This document shows, piece after piece, positions 37,640-50,774 of a stretch of DNA of 64,000 nt. Position numbers and translations under genes: made by a program. The DNA comes from Chiloscyllium plagiosum. Taxonomy: Eukaryota. Each line of letters opens with the position of its first letter. Position 1 is the first letter of the stretch. The stretch lies in the NCBI RefSeq assembly GCF_004010195.1, contig NC_057710.1, positions 155,403,057 to 155,467,056 on the forward strand, written 5' to 3'. The notes under the pieces are model-generated. The model did no database searches. It was not told the origin of the DNA and saw only the letters and a list, made by a program, of their open reading frames with translations.

Positions 37640-40399
37640 AGTTTCGGTTTGAGTCTTGCCTGCTCCTGGAGCTGTGTTATAACATAGCCAAACAGATGGA
37701 TTAAAATGATTAGCTTGCTGCATATTTCCCATGTCTTAATTTCAGATTTTCAACCTCCCTCTTTATCGCTTCCCAACTATCAGACAGCTGCCTGGATAAA
37801 AGAATAACAATGGTATATAAAAATGAATAAAAATGCATAAAAAGTGACTTAATTTAATTGAGGGCTCTGGCATAATAAAGCAATCAAATGTGTCACACTG
37901 AGATTTGTAAATGGAATGTTCTCGAATGGAAGAGTTTGATTTAGGACGTGCCTGCGCATACTATGCATATTATTCAAAAATGTAGCTAATCAAACTTTGG
38001 CCAAAGAGGCTTAGAGGTTGGAAATCGTTATTTAAATTTATGTCAGAAGGAAGAATTATGTGAAAGAAAATTGAACAGCCAGAAATGTAATTTTTAAGGA
38101 AGCCACAGGCTTGTGTAATGTAACAAAATATAATGAGACGACTCTCAATGGGGATTGTGAAAATCCCATTATTTTTAGACAGCATGGGATAATGGCCACT
38201 TATTCACCAGAGACCTTTATTATTCCGTGGGATCAAAGCACCCTGGCATCCCGAGATGGTAGGCATTGTCTCTGACCGTGGATTGCCTTCTAATGCTCTT
38301 TTTAATTGAAATGAGGTTCTGAAATGAAAGCAAACGTTTCCAACTGCAGCTGTTAGTAGTTTGTGACTTCACAGTATGCCGGTCTAGGGAGCTGGAATGA
38401 GTGGGTGGACGGGGGAGAAGATATTGTTGACAACTAATGAAGCTCATTGGTCTGCAATGACCTAGCAGACAATATGGAGCAGCCTCATCAGGGCCTCTGA
38501 GTGGAACCTCAGTATTGCTATTGGTGTGGGCAGGCTGAGCTACAAATAGCGGTCAGCTGAGCTGTGGGAGGTAACACATATTTATGCAGAGCAATGTGTT
38601 ACTGAACTGTGTGGGATAAATATGCAAATGTGTGTTTCTATGCCCTTCTGGCAAACTGCGTATCCCTCTTTGTTCCAGAACATTCAGGGAGGAAGCTGAA
38701 CACAATCGCCTGATAATTAAAGAGGCAGTATACTTGTGAAAGCATATATTGGAAACATTGCAGAGAGAGAGAGAGAAGTGACCTGTGTCATTTTTATTCC
38801 ACCAATATCTCTGACCGGGATGTGATTCATGACTTGCCTGGGTTTCATTCAGTTAGTACCCCTTTAGAGGAATGGCTGTCCTCCACTATAAATAATCAAT
38901 AGCATCTTTTACAAAATGGAATTATGGTCAAAGTTATTCTGAGTGTCTTTCTTCACCTAAGATAACGCTACTCTTTAAATACCAGTTATCTTAATGGCAT
39001 CTTAAAGAGAGGCAGTGCTTTAGAAAACTTGCCAGCACTGAGCAATTTTATTAATTGTGATCTACATTAACAATGTCAAAGGTTACTGTAGTACATGGAT
39101 GTTCTGAGGGTTTTGTCTGGTTCGATCTAAGTGGTTGCCTGGTGATCCCTGACCTCTCCCAGTGCAGTAGTGTGGGGAAAATATAGCATTTTCAGTGTTT
39201 TGCTGGTTGTTTCACTTGTAATCAGTGCAGATTTTCATGTCAAAATATTAGCATGTACTGGTGAAGCTGCAGGGATGGAGATCCCATCAGAAAACCTCTG
39301 TAATTTCACAGGTCCCAGCCAGTCAGGAACTCTGAGCAGAATCAGGTTGATTAAATAGTCAGGCAGAATTTAATATAATTGGCAAGTAAAATGGTGAGTT
39401 CCAAAACTAAACCAGAGCACAGGACCACACAACACAAATACTATCCTTTGAAACATTTTGAGTAATTCAGTTTTGTCAATTTCTGTGGAGGAAAAAAATA
39501 CCTGCAGCATTTAAATCCCTGCAAATATCTTTCCTTCAGTGCCACTAATGCAATTACAGTTCAATTCAATTGCATCCAATTTAACAGAATAGTAGAACTC
39601 ATGTTGCACATAATGAGCATCAAAGTATAATGACTCTGTGGTAATCTTATCCCAGTGTTCCTGTCTTTTATCAAAAGAGAGATGGAGACACTGTGTGAGG
39701 AAATTGGGTTCTTTCTTTCTAAAGAAACGTAATTATAGATCTTGGTTAATGATTGGTCTCGACTGTAGAATCTTTTCAAACAAAGAGCTTGTGACAGCAG
39801 TGACAATGTCTCTCCCTGCCCCCCTCCTCTTGCATTTTGTTGTTGTTCAGTGTTTCATTTGTAATCCAGGCTGCATTGGCAATGGCACCGTTCAGGAACG
39901 GGGAATCATTTCTTCAATTTGATTTGAACCCTAATGTCATGCAAATCCGAAGTGGTCACTGTATGGCTTCGATTGGGAGAATTACAATCAGCATTTACAT
40001 GTCAGCCAGTGATTGAATTGAATCAGACTGCTGAACCACTTACACCAAGCCCCTGCTCACAGCCAGGATGAAATTAAAGCCCTTCGATGCTGGTTTTTAG
40101 TTGGGGTCCCTTCATGATTTTCCATCCACCGGGTCTGCAGCAGGACAAGTGTCAGGACACAAATTCATCTTCCTTTCTGATCACTTGTGTTGTTCCAAAA
40201 TTGGTTTCTCTTCCTCCCTCAATTAATTTTACCTGCTTAATAGAGTTCAGCATTGGACCCATTATTCTCTTCAGACAGGTGGTTAAGGGAAGACATAAAT
40301 GAGGCATGCAAAATTCCGAATATTGTTGAGCTGGTAGGTTGAGGTAGGGCTTGAACAGGGAACTAGAGTTGAGCTAAAAGATCAGCCTCATCGAACAAA

Positions 40400-40980
40400 T
40401 AAAGAATCTCAAGACTGGGCATCGCTGAGGTGCTGTAAGCCATCAACAGCAGCAGAACTGTCTCCAGCACAAGCTGTAACCTGATGGCCTGGTATATCCC
40501 CCAGTCAACCATTCCCATCAAGCCAGGGGGTCAACCCTGTTTCAATGGAGAGGGCAGGAGGGTATGCCAGGAGCAGTACCAGACATACTTGAAGATGAGG
40601 TGACAGCCTGGTGAGGCCGCCAACCAGCACTACCTGTGTGCTAAACAACATAAGCAGAAAGTGACAGACAGGGCAGTTCCATGACAAACAGATCAGGTCT
40701 AAGCTTGGCAGTCCTCCCACATCTGGTCGTGAATGGTGGTGGACAATTGAACGACTCACTGGATGAGAAAGCTCCACAAATATCCCCATCCTCAATGATG
40801 GGGGAGCCCAGCATATGAGTGCAAAAGGTAAGGCTGAAGCATTTGCAGTAATCTTCAGCCAAAAATGCTGAGTGTATGATCCATCTTGTCCTCTTCCAGC
40901 AATCCTCAATGTCAAAGATACCAGTCTTCAGCCCAAATTGATTCACTTCACGTCATCACAAGAAACAACTGGAGGCACTG
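40400..40980 (+). mobile_element. LINE ORF2 internal fragment (partner family of the 9583 SINE)
   Basis: gaatggtggtggacaatt..(EWWWTI), aatatccccatcctcaatgatgg (NIPILNDG), aaggctgaagcatttgca (KAEAFA) fit the EN-RT linker. Confidence 0.65.
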
Positions 40981-41775
40981 GGTAGTTTATGAGTCATTGT
41001 TTGCTCGTTTCTGGTACCTAACCTGACTCTAATGAGGATTGGAAAATAATGCTCAGGGAATCCATCATTTCCTCCTGGCTTCCTTTAACAGTCTAGGATA
41101 TAATTCATCTGGCCCTTGCCAGGAGGTCAGTGCCTCCAATACTTCCCATTTCATTATTTCAAATATTTCACTTTCCCCATCTTCAACTGAAATGTCTGCA
41201 TCATCCTCTCCCCTGGTTTGACTGAAGGGTCTATTTCTGTGCTGTATGACTCTATGACTCTGACTCTATCAAATTCTTAATAGAACTCTTTTCACATCTT
41301 TTCCATCAATCATTCATAGGCACAAACCCCTCCTTAGACTCATTTCTTTTAATGGACTAATAAGATTTTTTTTGGATTTTCCTTAATTTTACCAGCCAAT
41401 ATCTTTCTGTATCCTCTTTGATTTGTGAATTTCCCTTTTCACTTCACTCTTGTTCTAAATGTTCAAAGTCTTTTTTAAGACTGTAATAGGCTCGTTTTTT
41501 AATCTTCTGTTCGATGTGTTTGGATTACCAGGGGCTTTAGATTTGACAGTATCGATCTTTTTCATTGTTGAGTCAAGTCTGCACTGTGCCCATAGAATCT
41601 CGATTTTGAATGGCTCCTACTCATTGACCAATGACTTTCCTTCAAGTAGCAATAAACAGTCAACGTTGGCAAGATCATTTCTCAGCTTTGTAAAATTGCC
41701 TTCCACAAGGTAAAATGTTTGCTCTTGCTCTATCTTTCTCCTTTTCCATAATGATACTAAATCGAACTGTGATGT

Positions 41776-42098
41776 TTAGATTAGATTAGATTACATTACA
41801 TTACAGTGTAGAAACAGGCCCTTCGGCCCAACAAGTCCACACCGACCCGCCGAAGCGAAACCCACCCATACCCCTACATTTACCCCTTACCTAACACTAC
41901 GGGCAATTTAGCATGGCCAATTCACCTGACCCGCACATCTTTTGGACTGTGGGAGGAAACCGGAGCACCCGGAGGAAACCCACGCAGACACGGGGAGAAC
42001 GTGCAAACTCCACACAGTCAGTCGCCTCAGGCGGGAATTGAACCCGATCTCAGGCGCTGTGAGGCAGCAGTGCTAACCACTGTGCCACCGTGCCACCC
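41776..42098 (-). mobile_element. Full-length young HE1 SINE
   Basis: tRNA-like head, CR1-derived tail ending (TAATC)n; 10-bp TSD ac(t/c)gtgatgt at 41766-41775 and 42099-42108. Confidence 0.95.
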
Positions 42099-42789
42099 AC
42101 CGTGATGTGTTCACTATCTCCAAAATGATCATCCATTGCTACTTCATCCATCCGACCACCATCAATTCTGAAGACTAAATCTAGAATTCCACCTTCTCTG
42201 TTTGGGCTTGATATGTTGTGACTAAAATAAAATCTCGAGACTACAGTTCAAGAATTGTGTGCCTCCTGTACCTTTCCTACTGTTTGTATCCTCAATGATC
42301 GTTGAGTAATTGAAGTCCCTAACTACTATTGCCTCATTGTTTTCTTACTCAAACATTTACCTAAAGACTTATTCCTCCAATTTTTTCCCGCAATTTGGAG
42401 GTCTATAATACACTCCCGGCAGTGTGCTTGCACCATTTTGTAATTTCTGAGCTCAACCTCAGATTGCTTCATTTGCTAAACCATCCCTCATCAGAACTGT
42501 GGCTGATTCTTTAACTGATAATGCTACACCCTGACTTTACTTATCCCCCTCTCTCTGCTTTTAAACTGAAAGTAACTGAATTGGTTAGCTATCCTCTACT
42601 GGGGTGCTGTAACAAAAATACTAACTAACAATTAGTGGAAACCTATACAAGGTAAAACAGAAACTTAGTAAATTATAAACACGTTGTCCGCAGTGATGAT
42701 GCACTCCAGATCTTGCTGAAAACTCTATATGTCCAGGGATGTTCATCATTAAGCCAAGTTTCTGTTTTAGCAATATGACATTAGAACTG

Positions 42790-43450
42790 GAATTAGATTT
42801 GATTGTTATGTGTACTCAAGTATAGGAACACAGTACAATCTAAAGAGTACAAAGTTGCCATTCTCCGGCGCTGTCTTGGCTACAGAAACCAAAATTTAAA
42901 AAAAAAACAGCAGCAGAAATAAAGAACACAGCCAGCAGGAAAGAAAAAATCAAGGTCTAAAAGAAAAATGTCTAAATTTTAAAGTCCCATCTCAATGAAG
43001 ATGTATGGAATACTCAGGCTCCAATGTAGGCCTCAGGCCTCTTGCTGTCACTGCTGCTGTGGATTGCTGGGAGGAGCTTTGTTGCCGCTGCCATTGCTGC
43101 CCAGTTTGTCGGGGCGAGAGTGATGAAATCCCGTCCCTGCCTGGGATCTTCAGATAGCTGCTCCTGCTGCTCTGATACTGATGACCCCACTCCAAAATGC
43201 CTTAAAGAGAAGAAAGTGAAGAGAAAGCAAACAGCAAAAGTAAAAAGGAAAGTAGACAAGAGTGGACGAGTCCTGGGCTCAGATCCCTGTACACGGCTCA
43301 AGGGCCTGTTTCCATACTGTAAGTAATCTAATCTAATCTAATCCAATCTAAGAAAGCAAACAGCAAAAGTAAAAAGGAAAGTAGACAAGAGTGGACGAGT
43401 CCTGGGCTCAGATCCCTGTACACGGCTCTGCTGCCCCACTGCCATCTTGA
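42790..43450 (-). mobile_element. Non-autonomous retroposon (5' caagatggc..., 3' gtacac..acaat tail); family uncertain
   Basis: Tail shared with 34830-34915 and 51845-51890; hosts the insertion at 43300. Confidence 0.45.
43222..43428 (+). repeat. 78-bp exact duplication flanking a 51-bp HE1/CR1 tail (43300-43350)
   Basis: 43222-43299 equals 43351-43428; insert aagggcctgtttccatactgtaag(taatc)n. Confidence 0.95.
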
Positions 43451-44325
43451 AGGCCAGGCTGCCATGTGTCAATCTGTGCCATCAGCTATACTCCTTGCTT
43501 TTATATGTATACCTTTTAATATTGCCAATTTCTTGCACTGGACGTTTTTGCTTCTACTTACTCTATCTTTCACAGTCTGCTCCTCTCGATTTGCCTCAGG
43601 TTCCCAATATCATGTCAATGTAGTTTAAACTCTCCACAACAACATTAACAAACTCTCTCTGCAAAGCTGTTTAACCCAGTCCTGTTCAAAGTGAGGACTG
43701 TCTGGCTTGTACAACTCCCACCTTCCCCAAAATCAGTTCCAACTTTCTAGAAATCTGACACCCACCCTCCTCCACCAGCTTTCCAGTCACATATTCCATC
43801 TCTCAATTCTCCCGTTTCTGCACGAGCTAAGACATGGGGGTGGGGAGTAATCCTGACAGTATCCCACTTGAGAGGTTTTGCCTTTCAGTCTCCGACCCTG
43901 CTCCATGAAATCTGCTCTCCCACCCCAGTCCTACCCTAGTTATTGTGACTACCATGAAGCATGACTTCCCACTCATCACCCGACCCCAGAAGAACATCTG
44001 TTACACCCTTTACCTTGGCTCCAGGGAGTAAACATATCATCTTGGAGTCCTGATGAAGGATAGAGAAATGCCTGTCTGATCTCCTCCCATATCACTATTG
44101 CTCTTCTATATCTTTTGCTAAGTTCCTCCCTGTACAACTGAGATAACCATAGTGCTGTGGACTTAGCTCCGGCTACTCTCTCCTGAAGAACACTTGTATT
44201 CACTAGAATCCAGAATGGAATTCCAATAGCAAGCATTGTCGGTCTGATTCTTTTCGCCTGCCTCATGGCCACCCATTCCCTTGCTGCCTGTAAGCTTCTG
44301 ACTTGAGCAGTGACCATCGCCCTAA
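43450..44325 (-). mobile_element. Decayed CR1 ORF1 (esterase) region
   Basis: RRAIVI motif in ORF 43976-44440; gggagtaatcctga motif as at 49982. Confidence 0.6.
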
Positions 44326-44329
44326 ACAT

Positions 44330-44935
44330 GCTACTGGCAATGACCATCTCTCCAAAATGAGAATCTAACCATTGTCCCTTAACAGTCAATGGCATTACCA
44401 TCACTGAATTCCCCGTTATCAATATTCTGGGACTTACCATTGATCACAAACTGAACTGTACTCAACATGTAAACACTATGACAATGAGAGTAGGTCAGAG
44501 GTTAGGAATTTTGCCATGACACCATCCAGGTCAAAATAGCTCACTTTATTGGCAGTACATCCATAAGCATCCACTCTCTGCACCCTGATGCTCAGTAGCA
44601 GCAGTGCGTACTATCTACAATACACACTGCAGAAATTCATCAAAGATCCTTAAAAAGTACTTTCTAAACACATGACCATTTTGAGGGACAAGGCAGCAGA
44701 TACATGGGAATGCCACCACCTGCAAATTCCCTTCCGTTCTGACTTGGAAATATAATCATCAGTCCTTCACTGTAACTGAGTTAAAATCCTGGATTTCCCC
44801 TCTAAATGTCTTGTGGCTGTACCTACAACAAGTGCATTGCAGTAATTCAAGAAAGAAGCTCACCATCATCTCAAGGGCAATGAAGGATGAGCAGTAAATG
44901 CCGGCTTAGCCAGCGATGCCTATATCCCATGACAA
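44330..44935 (+). mobile_element. LINE 3' end (CR1/L2 group)
   Basis: NILGLTIDHKLN and HSLHP..SVAAV motifs; tail aagggcaatgaaggatgagcagtaaatgccggcttagccagcgatgcc. Confidence 0.75.
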
Positions 44936-46115
44936 AAGACAACAACTCTGTCTCACGATGCACAGCAGTGAAACTAGGGTTTAAACCCAGAGCTCAAGCC
45001 TGTGCATCCACTGACATTTCCTGTTGATGTATTTGTCTGGACTAGTGTGTGGTCATGGCTTTAAACATATAACATATTTATCACAGCTAGATTTTACCAG
45101 TAGTTACCAATCAGTCTCTTTCCTCGGGAGTGCATGTAGCTCTTGTTTCCGGAGCCATGTTATAACCCTCCTTTCTCTCATTGTTTCCAACCTCTCAAAC
45201 TGCTCCCCTCCCTGGGTCACTCCCTGCCTGCACCCATAAGTGATACTCACTGCCTGTCACAGTGTTCTAACCTCATCTACTTCTTTCAACTTAATCTATT
45301 CTTTCAATCTTCAAACTCAGAACAGCTAGCAATAGGGAAATATACTGAAAAAGCTTGTGTACTCTATGAAGAATGTCCCAAGAACTACAAGGAGAAAAAT
45401 CAGGATACAGCTGTTGGTGTGGAACAGAGTAAGTTAAGCCTCTTACTGAAAGGGTGAAAATCTCATATTAAAGGAAAAACATTCGGCAGAGAAGCTGAAA
45501 GAAGACTTCAGTTACAATCTTTTGTAAATTACCATTGTCATAATTGTTTAAAATCGTTTGGAAAAGCTGAGAGTAAAATATTTGAGAAAAGGACATTAAT
45601 TAATAGCATAATTAAATCAGAAAGATAATGCAAAACATTAAAGTGAAAAAGTCAAAGACAAGCTTGTTAGTTGAGATATTGTCGCTACACATGAGGCCTA
45701 TGACGGAGATACCCCGCACTCGGTTTTCTGTGTGATCATCCTCTGCAGTGGTAAACCTGCAATGCTTCATGCCCTTATGAGTCTGGTTGAGCACTGAGCA
45801 GACAGGACTACATACCCTTCGGTGTCACTGGAGCCTGCTTCCTTTGAGCCACCTTTCTCAGTTGAGATGGCATCCTCAGATCACATCTCTTTTCCTCACT
45901 TCAGAATATTATCCCATCCAATTATATGATTGTGGCGAAGAAATTAAAAAATTGAATTTATTATACTCTGAAAAGCTTTGAATATTTGTGAGATATTTCA
46001 AACAAAATACTTGAGTATATAATAATGCAGATACATTAATGTAAAAACTACAGCATGAGAAAGGGACATTTAGCCTTTGGGACCAATTGGCTCCACAATG
46101 TGCACTTTGTTCCAA

Positions 46116-46610
46116 GTGAGGAGAAAGTGAGGACTGCAGATGCTGGAGGTCAGAGTTGAAGGGTGTGGTGCTGGAAAAGCACAGCAGGTCAGGCAGCATC
46201 CGAGGAGCAGGACAGTCGATGTTTTGAGCATAAGCTCTTCATCAGGAATGTGTGGCGGGGGAGGGGGAGGAGACACTAAGGGGGCTGAGAGATAAAAGGG
46301 AGGGAAGTGGAGCTGGGGGGAAGGTAGCTGGGAAGGTGATAGGTAGATGCAGGTGGGAGGGTGATGGTGATAGGTCAGAGCAGAGGGTGGAGCAGATAGG
46401 TGGGAAGGAAGATGGACAGGTAGGAAGTTCAAGAGGGCGGTGCCAAGTTGGAGGGCTGGATCTGGGATAAGGGGGTAGAGGGGAGATGAGGAAACTGGCG
46501 ACATTAATCCTGTGTAGATGGATGGTTCCAAGGTGGAAGATGAGGCGTTCTTCCTCCAGGCATCGGATGGCAAGGATTTGGCAGTGGAGGAGGCCCAGGA
46601 CTTGCATGTC
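46116..46610 (-). mobile_element. PLE family A 3' part (GIY-YIG C-terminus plus pLTR)
   Basis: MQVLGLLHCQILAIRCLEEERLIFHLGT; degenerate hammerhead at 46215-46246. Confidence 0.85.
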
Positions 46611-47116
46611 CAGGAGAACATCTAGTTAAGTGCAATGAAACCCGTTTCAGTTTTGTTTCAGACATTTCCAGGGCTAGGTGGGGACAACCAATGGAGGTTG
46701 AGTGATGCTCCAATAGACATTGAAATACTATCAAGTCCCTTTCTTTTGGAGGGTGGAGGGACCAGTGTCAGAACTTGCTGCCCAGAAGAGTCACGTTCTG
46801 TTCACACATGCAGAGGCAATAAGTTGAAAAGCATGTAATCACTCTAACAACTGATACACCCCTGTCATAATGATGCCTAAGGCACAGTTTCCAAAACAGA
46901 GTAAGGTTCACCCAGTGTATTTTGATGGTGGCTTCCTTTATTGTATCTCCTTAAACTTGGTAATGCAATGATAATTACTTCCAACATGATGGCAACTTCC
47001 TTCAGTAATTTGTTTCATTTATTTATCCCTTGCCTTCCTATCCACCAATGTTAAGTATCTTTACCATTGGAGAAACCTGGGAGAAATGTTCCTCGCAGGA
47101 CACAATGGATCATTTA

Positions 47117-47327
47117 CTGGATTAGTGGTGCTGGAAAAGCACAGTAGTTCATGCAGCATCCAAGGTGCAGTAAAATCGACGTTTCGGGCAAAAGCCCTGT
47201 ATTCCTGATGAAGGGCTTTTGCCCGAAACGTCAATTTTACTGCTCCTCGGGTGCTGCCTGAACTGCTGTGCTCTTCCAGCACCACTAATCCAGAATCTGG
47301 TTTCCAGCATCTGCAGTCATTGTTTTT
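47117..47327. mobile_element. Fold-back PLE (family A) with intact + strand hammerhead core (47205-47232)
   Basis: Inverted arms; 15-bp TSD acaatg(g/a)atcattta at 47102-47116 and 47328-47342. Confidence 0.85.
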
Positions 47328-48834
47328 ACAATGAATCATTTAGTCTCAGCAATGGAACAAAGTGCACATTGTGGAGCCAATTAGTCCAAAGGCTAAATGT
47401 CCCTTTCTCATGCTGTAATTTTTACATTAATGTATCTGCATTATTTTATACACAAGCATTTTGTTTGAAATATCTCACAAATATGGAAAGCTTTTCAGAG
47501 TACAATAAATTCAATCTTTTAATTTCTTCGCAACAATCATATAATTGGATGGGATAATATTCTCAAGAGTTACATAATGAAAAGGAAGATATAATTTCTT
47601 TCTTATCAGAAATATACAGAGTCTTTCCACAAGAGGATTTTTGTCTGATTTATTTTCTCTCAACAGACAACACATTACTCTGAAAACTGAGAGGGCATAC
47701 TATGTTTGTTTAGCTGAATTCAATCTGTGACTAAGCAGCTGGCATATTTCCCATTGAACAATGACATCTCCTCTGTTCAGCAGTTCACAATGGTTTTATT
47801 GGCCTCTCCACCAAATCCCAGTTGTTTTCACAAAGTTGGAAGTCCAAAGGAACAAAGAATCCCAGTAAGAGCAGAATTGTTCTACAACACCATCTGCTAC
47901 AGAGAGAATCAAAGCTTTGATAAGTGAGGCACTGCCCTGTACAAATTGATGGGACTATGGAGGGATTTTAATGCCTGCAACTTGGTGGAAACCAGGCATT
48001 ACTTAGCAATAATCTTCTGACACTATTTCATTCTATGAGGTTAACAGGGGCTGAGACATTTACCTCATTTGGGTAGGAACCTTATGATTGCACATTCATA
48101 GAATACAGAACATAGAACGTTACAGCGCAGTACAGACCCGTCAGCCCTCGATGTTGTGCTGACCTGTGAAATTAATCTGATTAATTGATTAATTAATCTA
48201 CACTGTTTCATTATTATCAACTTAAATGCCCTTAATGCTGCCAAGTCAGCTACTGTAACAACTTTCCTACTGTGTCGGTTAGACCCCCAAACTATTTTTG
48301 TAGCCTATTGAACAGGAGCATTTACTGTGAACTCTCTGACCAAATGAATCTATTGACCAAGAAGCAGAGGTCCTTGAAGGTCTGGTTTTGACAGGACATG
48401 GGGAACAGGATTAGTGGGGAGACCCTGCAGTGTTTTTTGCAATGTCATCCTTTGCCTGAAGGGAGGAGCAGTCTTTGATCCAATTGGTGCGTGGGGCACT
48501 GGGTGGCAGGTGGCCCAGTTTAATGCCAGCCTGTCTTATGAAATAAACAGAGCAATGATAGATCTCCTTTGTCAGTCAGGACCTTGTGTCTGAGGCTGTG
48601 ACTATATGGGTGAAGAGGGGAGAGAGCCATTCCACCTACATTTGGTAGTTCATGTCAAATTCCGGATCCTCATCTCAATAATACAGCATAGTTAGGAACC
48701 CCATAGGAATATCTATTCTCACATCATTTACCAAGTTAAAGCTGTCAGAAACTAAGAGTAGTGACCAAAATTATTGGTGGTCTGAAGGCTTACGCCCTCA
48801 GAGTTTAGGGTGGAACTTGAATTCTGCTAAGAGA

Positions 48835-50085
48835 GAGTCAGAGAGATGTACAGGACGGAAACAGACTCTTTGGTCCAACCTGTCCATGCCAACCAGCTAT
48901 CCCAACCCAATCTAGTCCCACTTGCCAGCACTTGAACCATATCCCCCTACACACTTCCTATCGTATACCCATCCAGATGCCTTTTAAATGTTGCAATTGT
49001 ACCAGCCTCCACCACTTCCTCTGGCAGCTCATTCCATACACGTACCACCCTTTGTGTGAAAAAGTTGCTCCTTAGGTCCCTTTTTATATCTTTCCCCTCT
49101 CACCCTAAACCTATGCCCTCTAGTTCTGGGCTCCCCCACCTCAGGACTCTCGTTATCTCATTTCTGAAGGCTTCCCATTTTCCAGCCGTCCCTTTACCTG
49201 CGAACATCTGCCCCAATCACCTTTCGAAAGTTCTTGCCTAATACCGTCAAAATTGGCCTTTCTCCAATTTAGAACTTCAACTTTTCGATCTGGTCTATCC
49301 TTTTCCATCACTATTTTAAAACTAATAGAACTATGATCGCTGGCCCCAAAGTGCTCCCCCACTGACACCTCAGTCACCTGCCCTGCCTTATTTCCCAAGA
49401 GTAGGTCTAGTTTTGCACCTTCTCTAATAGGTACAACCACATATTGAATCAGAAAATTGTCTTGTACANNNNNNNNNNNNNNNNNNNNNNNNNNNNNNNN
49501 NNNNNNNNNNNNNNNNNNNNNNNNNNNNNNNNNNNNNNNNNNNNNNNNNNNNNNNNNNNNNNNNNNNNNNNNNNNNNNNNNNNNNNNNNNNNNNNNNNNN
49601 NNNNNNNNNNNNNNNNNNNNNNNNNNNNNNNNNNNNNNNNNNNNNNNNNNNNNNNNNNNNNNNNNNNNNNNNNNNGTTTGACTCCCTTCTGTTCTCAGCT
49701 GTACCCGTCTCAGATTGATCTCTTTCCTCACTATCTCCCTGGGTCCCACCTCCCCACCTTACCACTTTAAATCCTTCCGAGCAGTTCTAGCAAATTTCCC
49801 TGCCAGTATATTAATCCCCTTCCAATTTAGGTGCAATCCGTCCTTCTCGTACAGGTCACTTCTACCCCAAAAGAGATTCCAATGATCCAAAAGTGTGAAT
49901 CCTTCTCCCATACACCAGCTCCTCAGCCATGCATTCATCTGCTCTCTCCTCCTATTCCTGCCCTCACTAGCTCGTAGCACTGGGAGTAATCCAGATATTA
50001 CTACTCTCAAGGACCTCCTTTTTAAATTTCTGCCTAATTTTTTATATTCTCCTTTCAGAATCTCATCCTTTTCCCTTCCTATGTT
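48835..50085 (-). mobile_element. CR1 pieces: 3' end (48835-49148) joined to endonuclease and ORF1 esterase segments across N gap
   Basis: LDLLLGNKAGQVTEVSVGEHFGASDH (APE SDH motif); VVISGLLPV..MNAWLRSWC..DHWNLFWGRSDLYEKDGLHLN (SGNH esterase). Confidence 0.9.
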
Positions 50086-50774
50086 GTTGGAGATATATAA
50101 TTTGGAAGCCTAAGCTTATAATATTATATTTTAGTATTTAATTACTAGTAGCAGTGCCTTGCACAAACTGTGCCTCATAATGTTGAGTGTAGATTCATGA
50201 TATGTAAGGGGGTGAAACGTATGAATGTGGAGTTATCATTCCAGCTGTAACCTTATTGAATACTGAAACAGACGTGAGGGGGTGAATGGTCTACTGCTGC
50301 TTTTGGTTAATATGTTCCCATCCATGTGAATGTCCATATGTACCATGATGAGTGATGTGACCCACACTGGGCTGGCAGAGACATAGTGGAACTAAGAAAA
50401 GGTGATGTTAATGATGGCTAAGCTATGGAATTGGAAGCTCAACTCAGGGTCAAATTGAACACCATTGTTACAAACAGTCTGGTTCAGCATCAGACAGCCA
50501 TTAGGGAGAGAACAGAATCATAAGTAAGTTTGTGTCAAGAACTGAAGGCAATGGTATCAGTTTTCCCAAAGTGTAGTGGATACCTCAGTATGGGGTATTA
50601 GATGAGCACTGCAAGAAAACAGATGTCGTAGTATGTAATGAACTAAGTAATTGTGTGAATAAATCGAATAACCTCATGACAAAAACACTAGGAATAGGTG
50701 CAGAAGTAGACCAGATGGCACACTGAGCCTGCTACACGCTTTGATATGATCACGGTCGTCACCTTAGCCTTCAG

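Larger units (their letters stand above)
45903..47563. repeat. Inverted duplication of about 212 bp (45903-46114 vs 47353-47563)
   Basis: Manual alignment shows about 10 substitutions and 1 indel. Confidence 0.95.

Noticed and set aside
38571-38602. gtaacacat/atgtgttac hairpin
   Set aside because: 9-bp stem only; does not extend to pre-miRNA length.
41990-42098. tRNA gene
   Set aside because: A/B boxes belong to the HE1 SINE head; no acceptor stem or terminator, and it continues into the SINE body.
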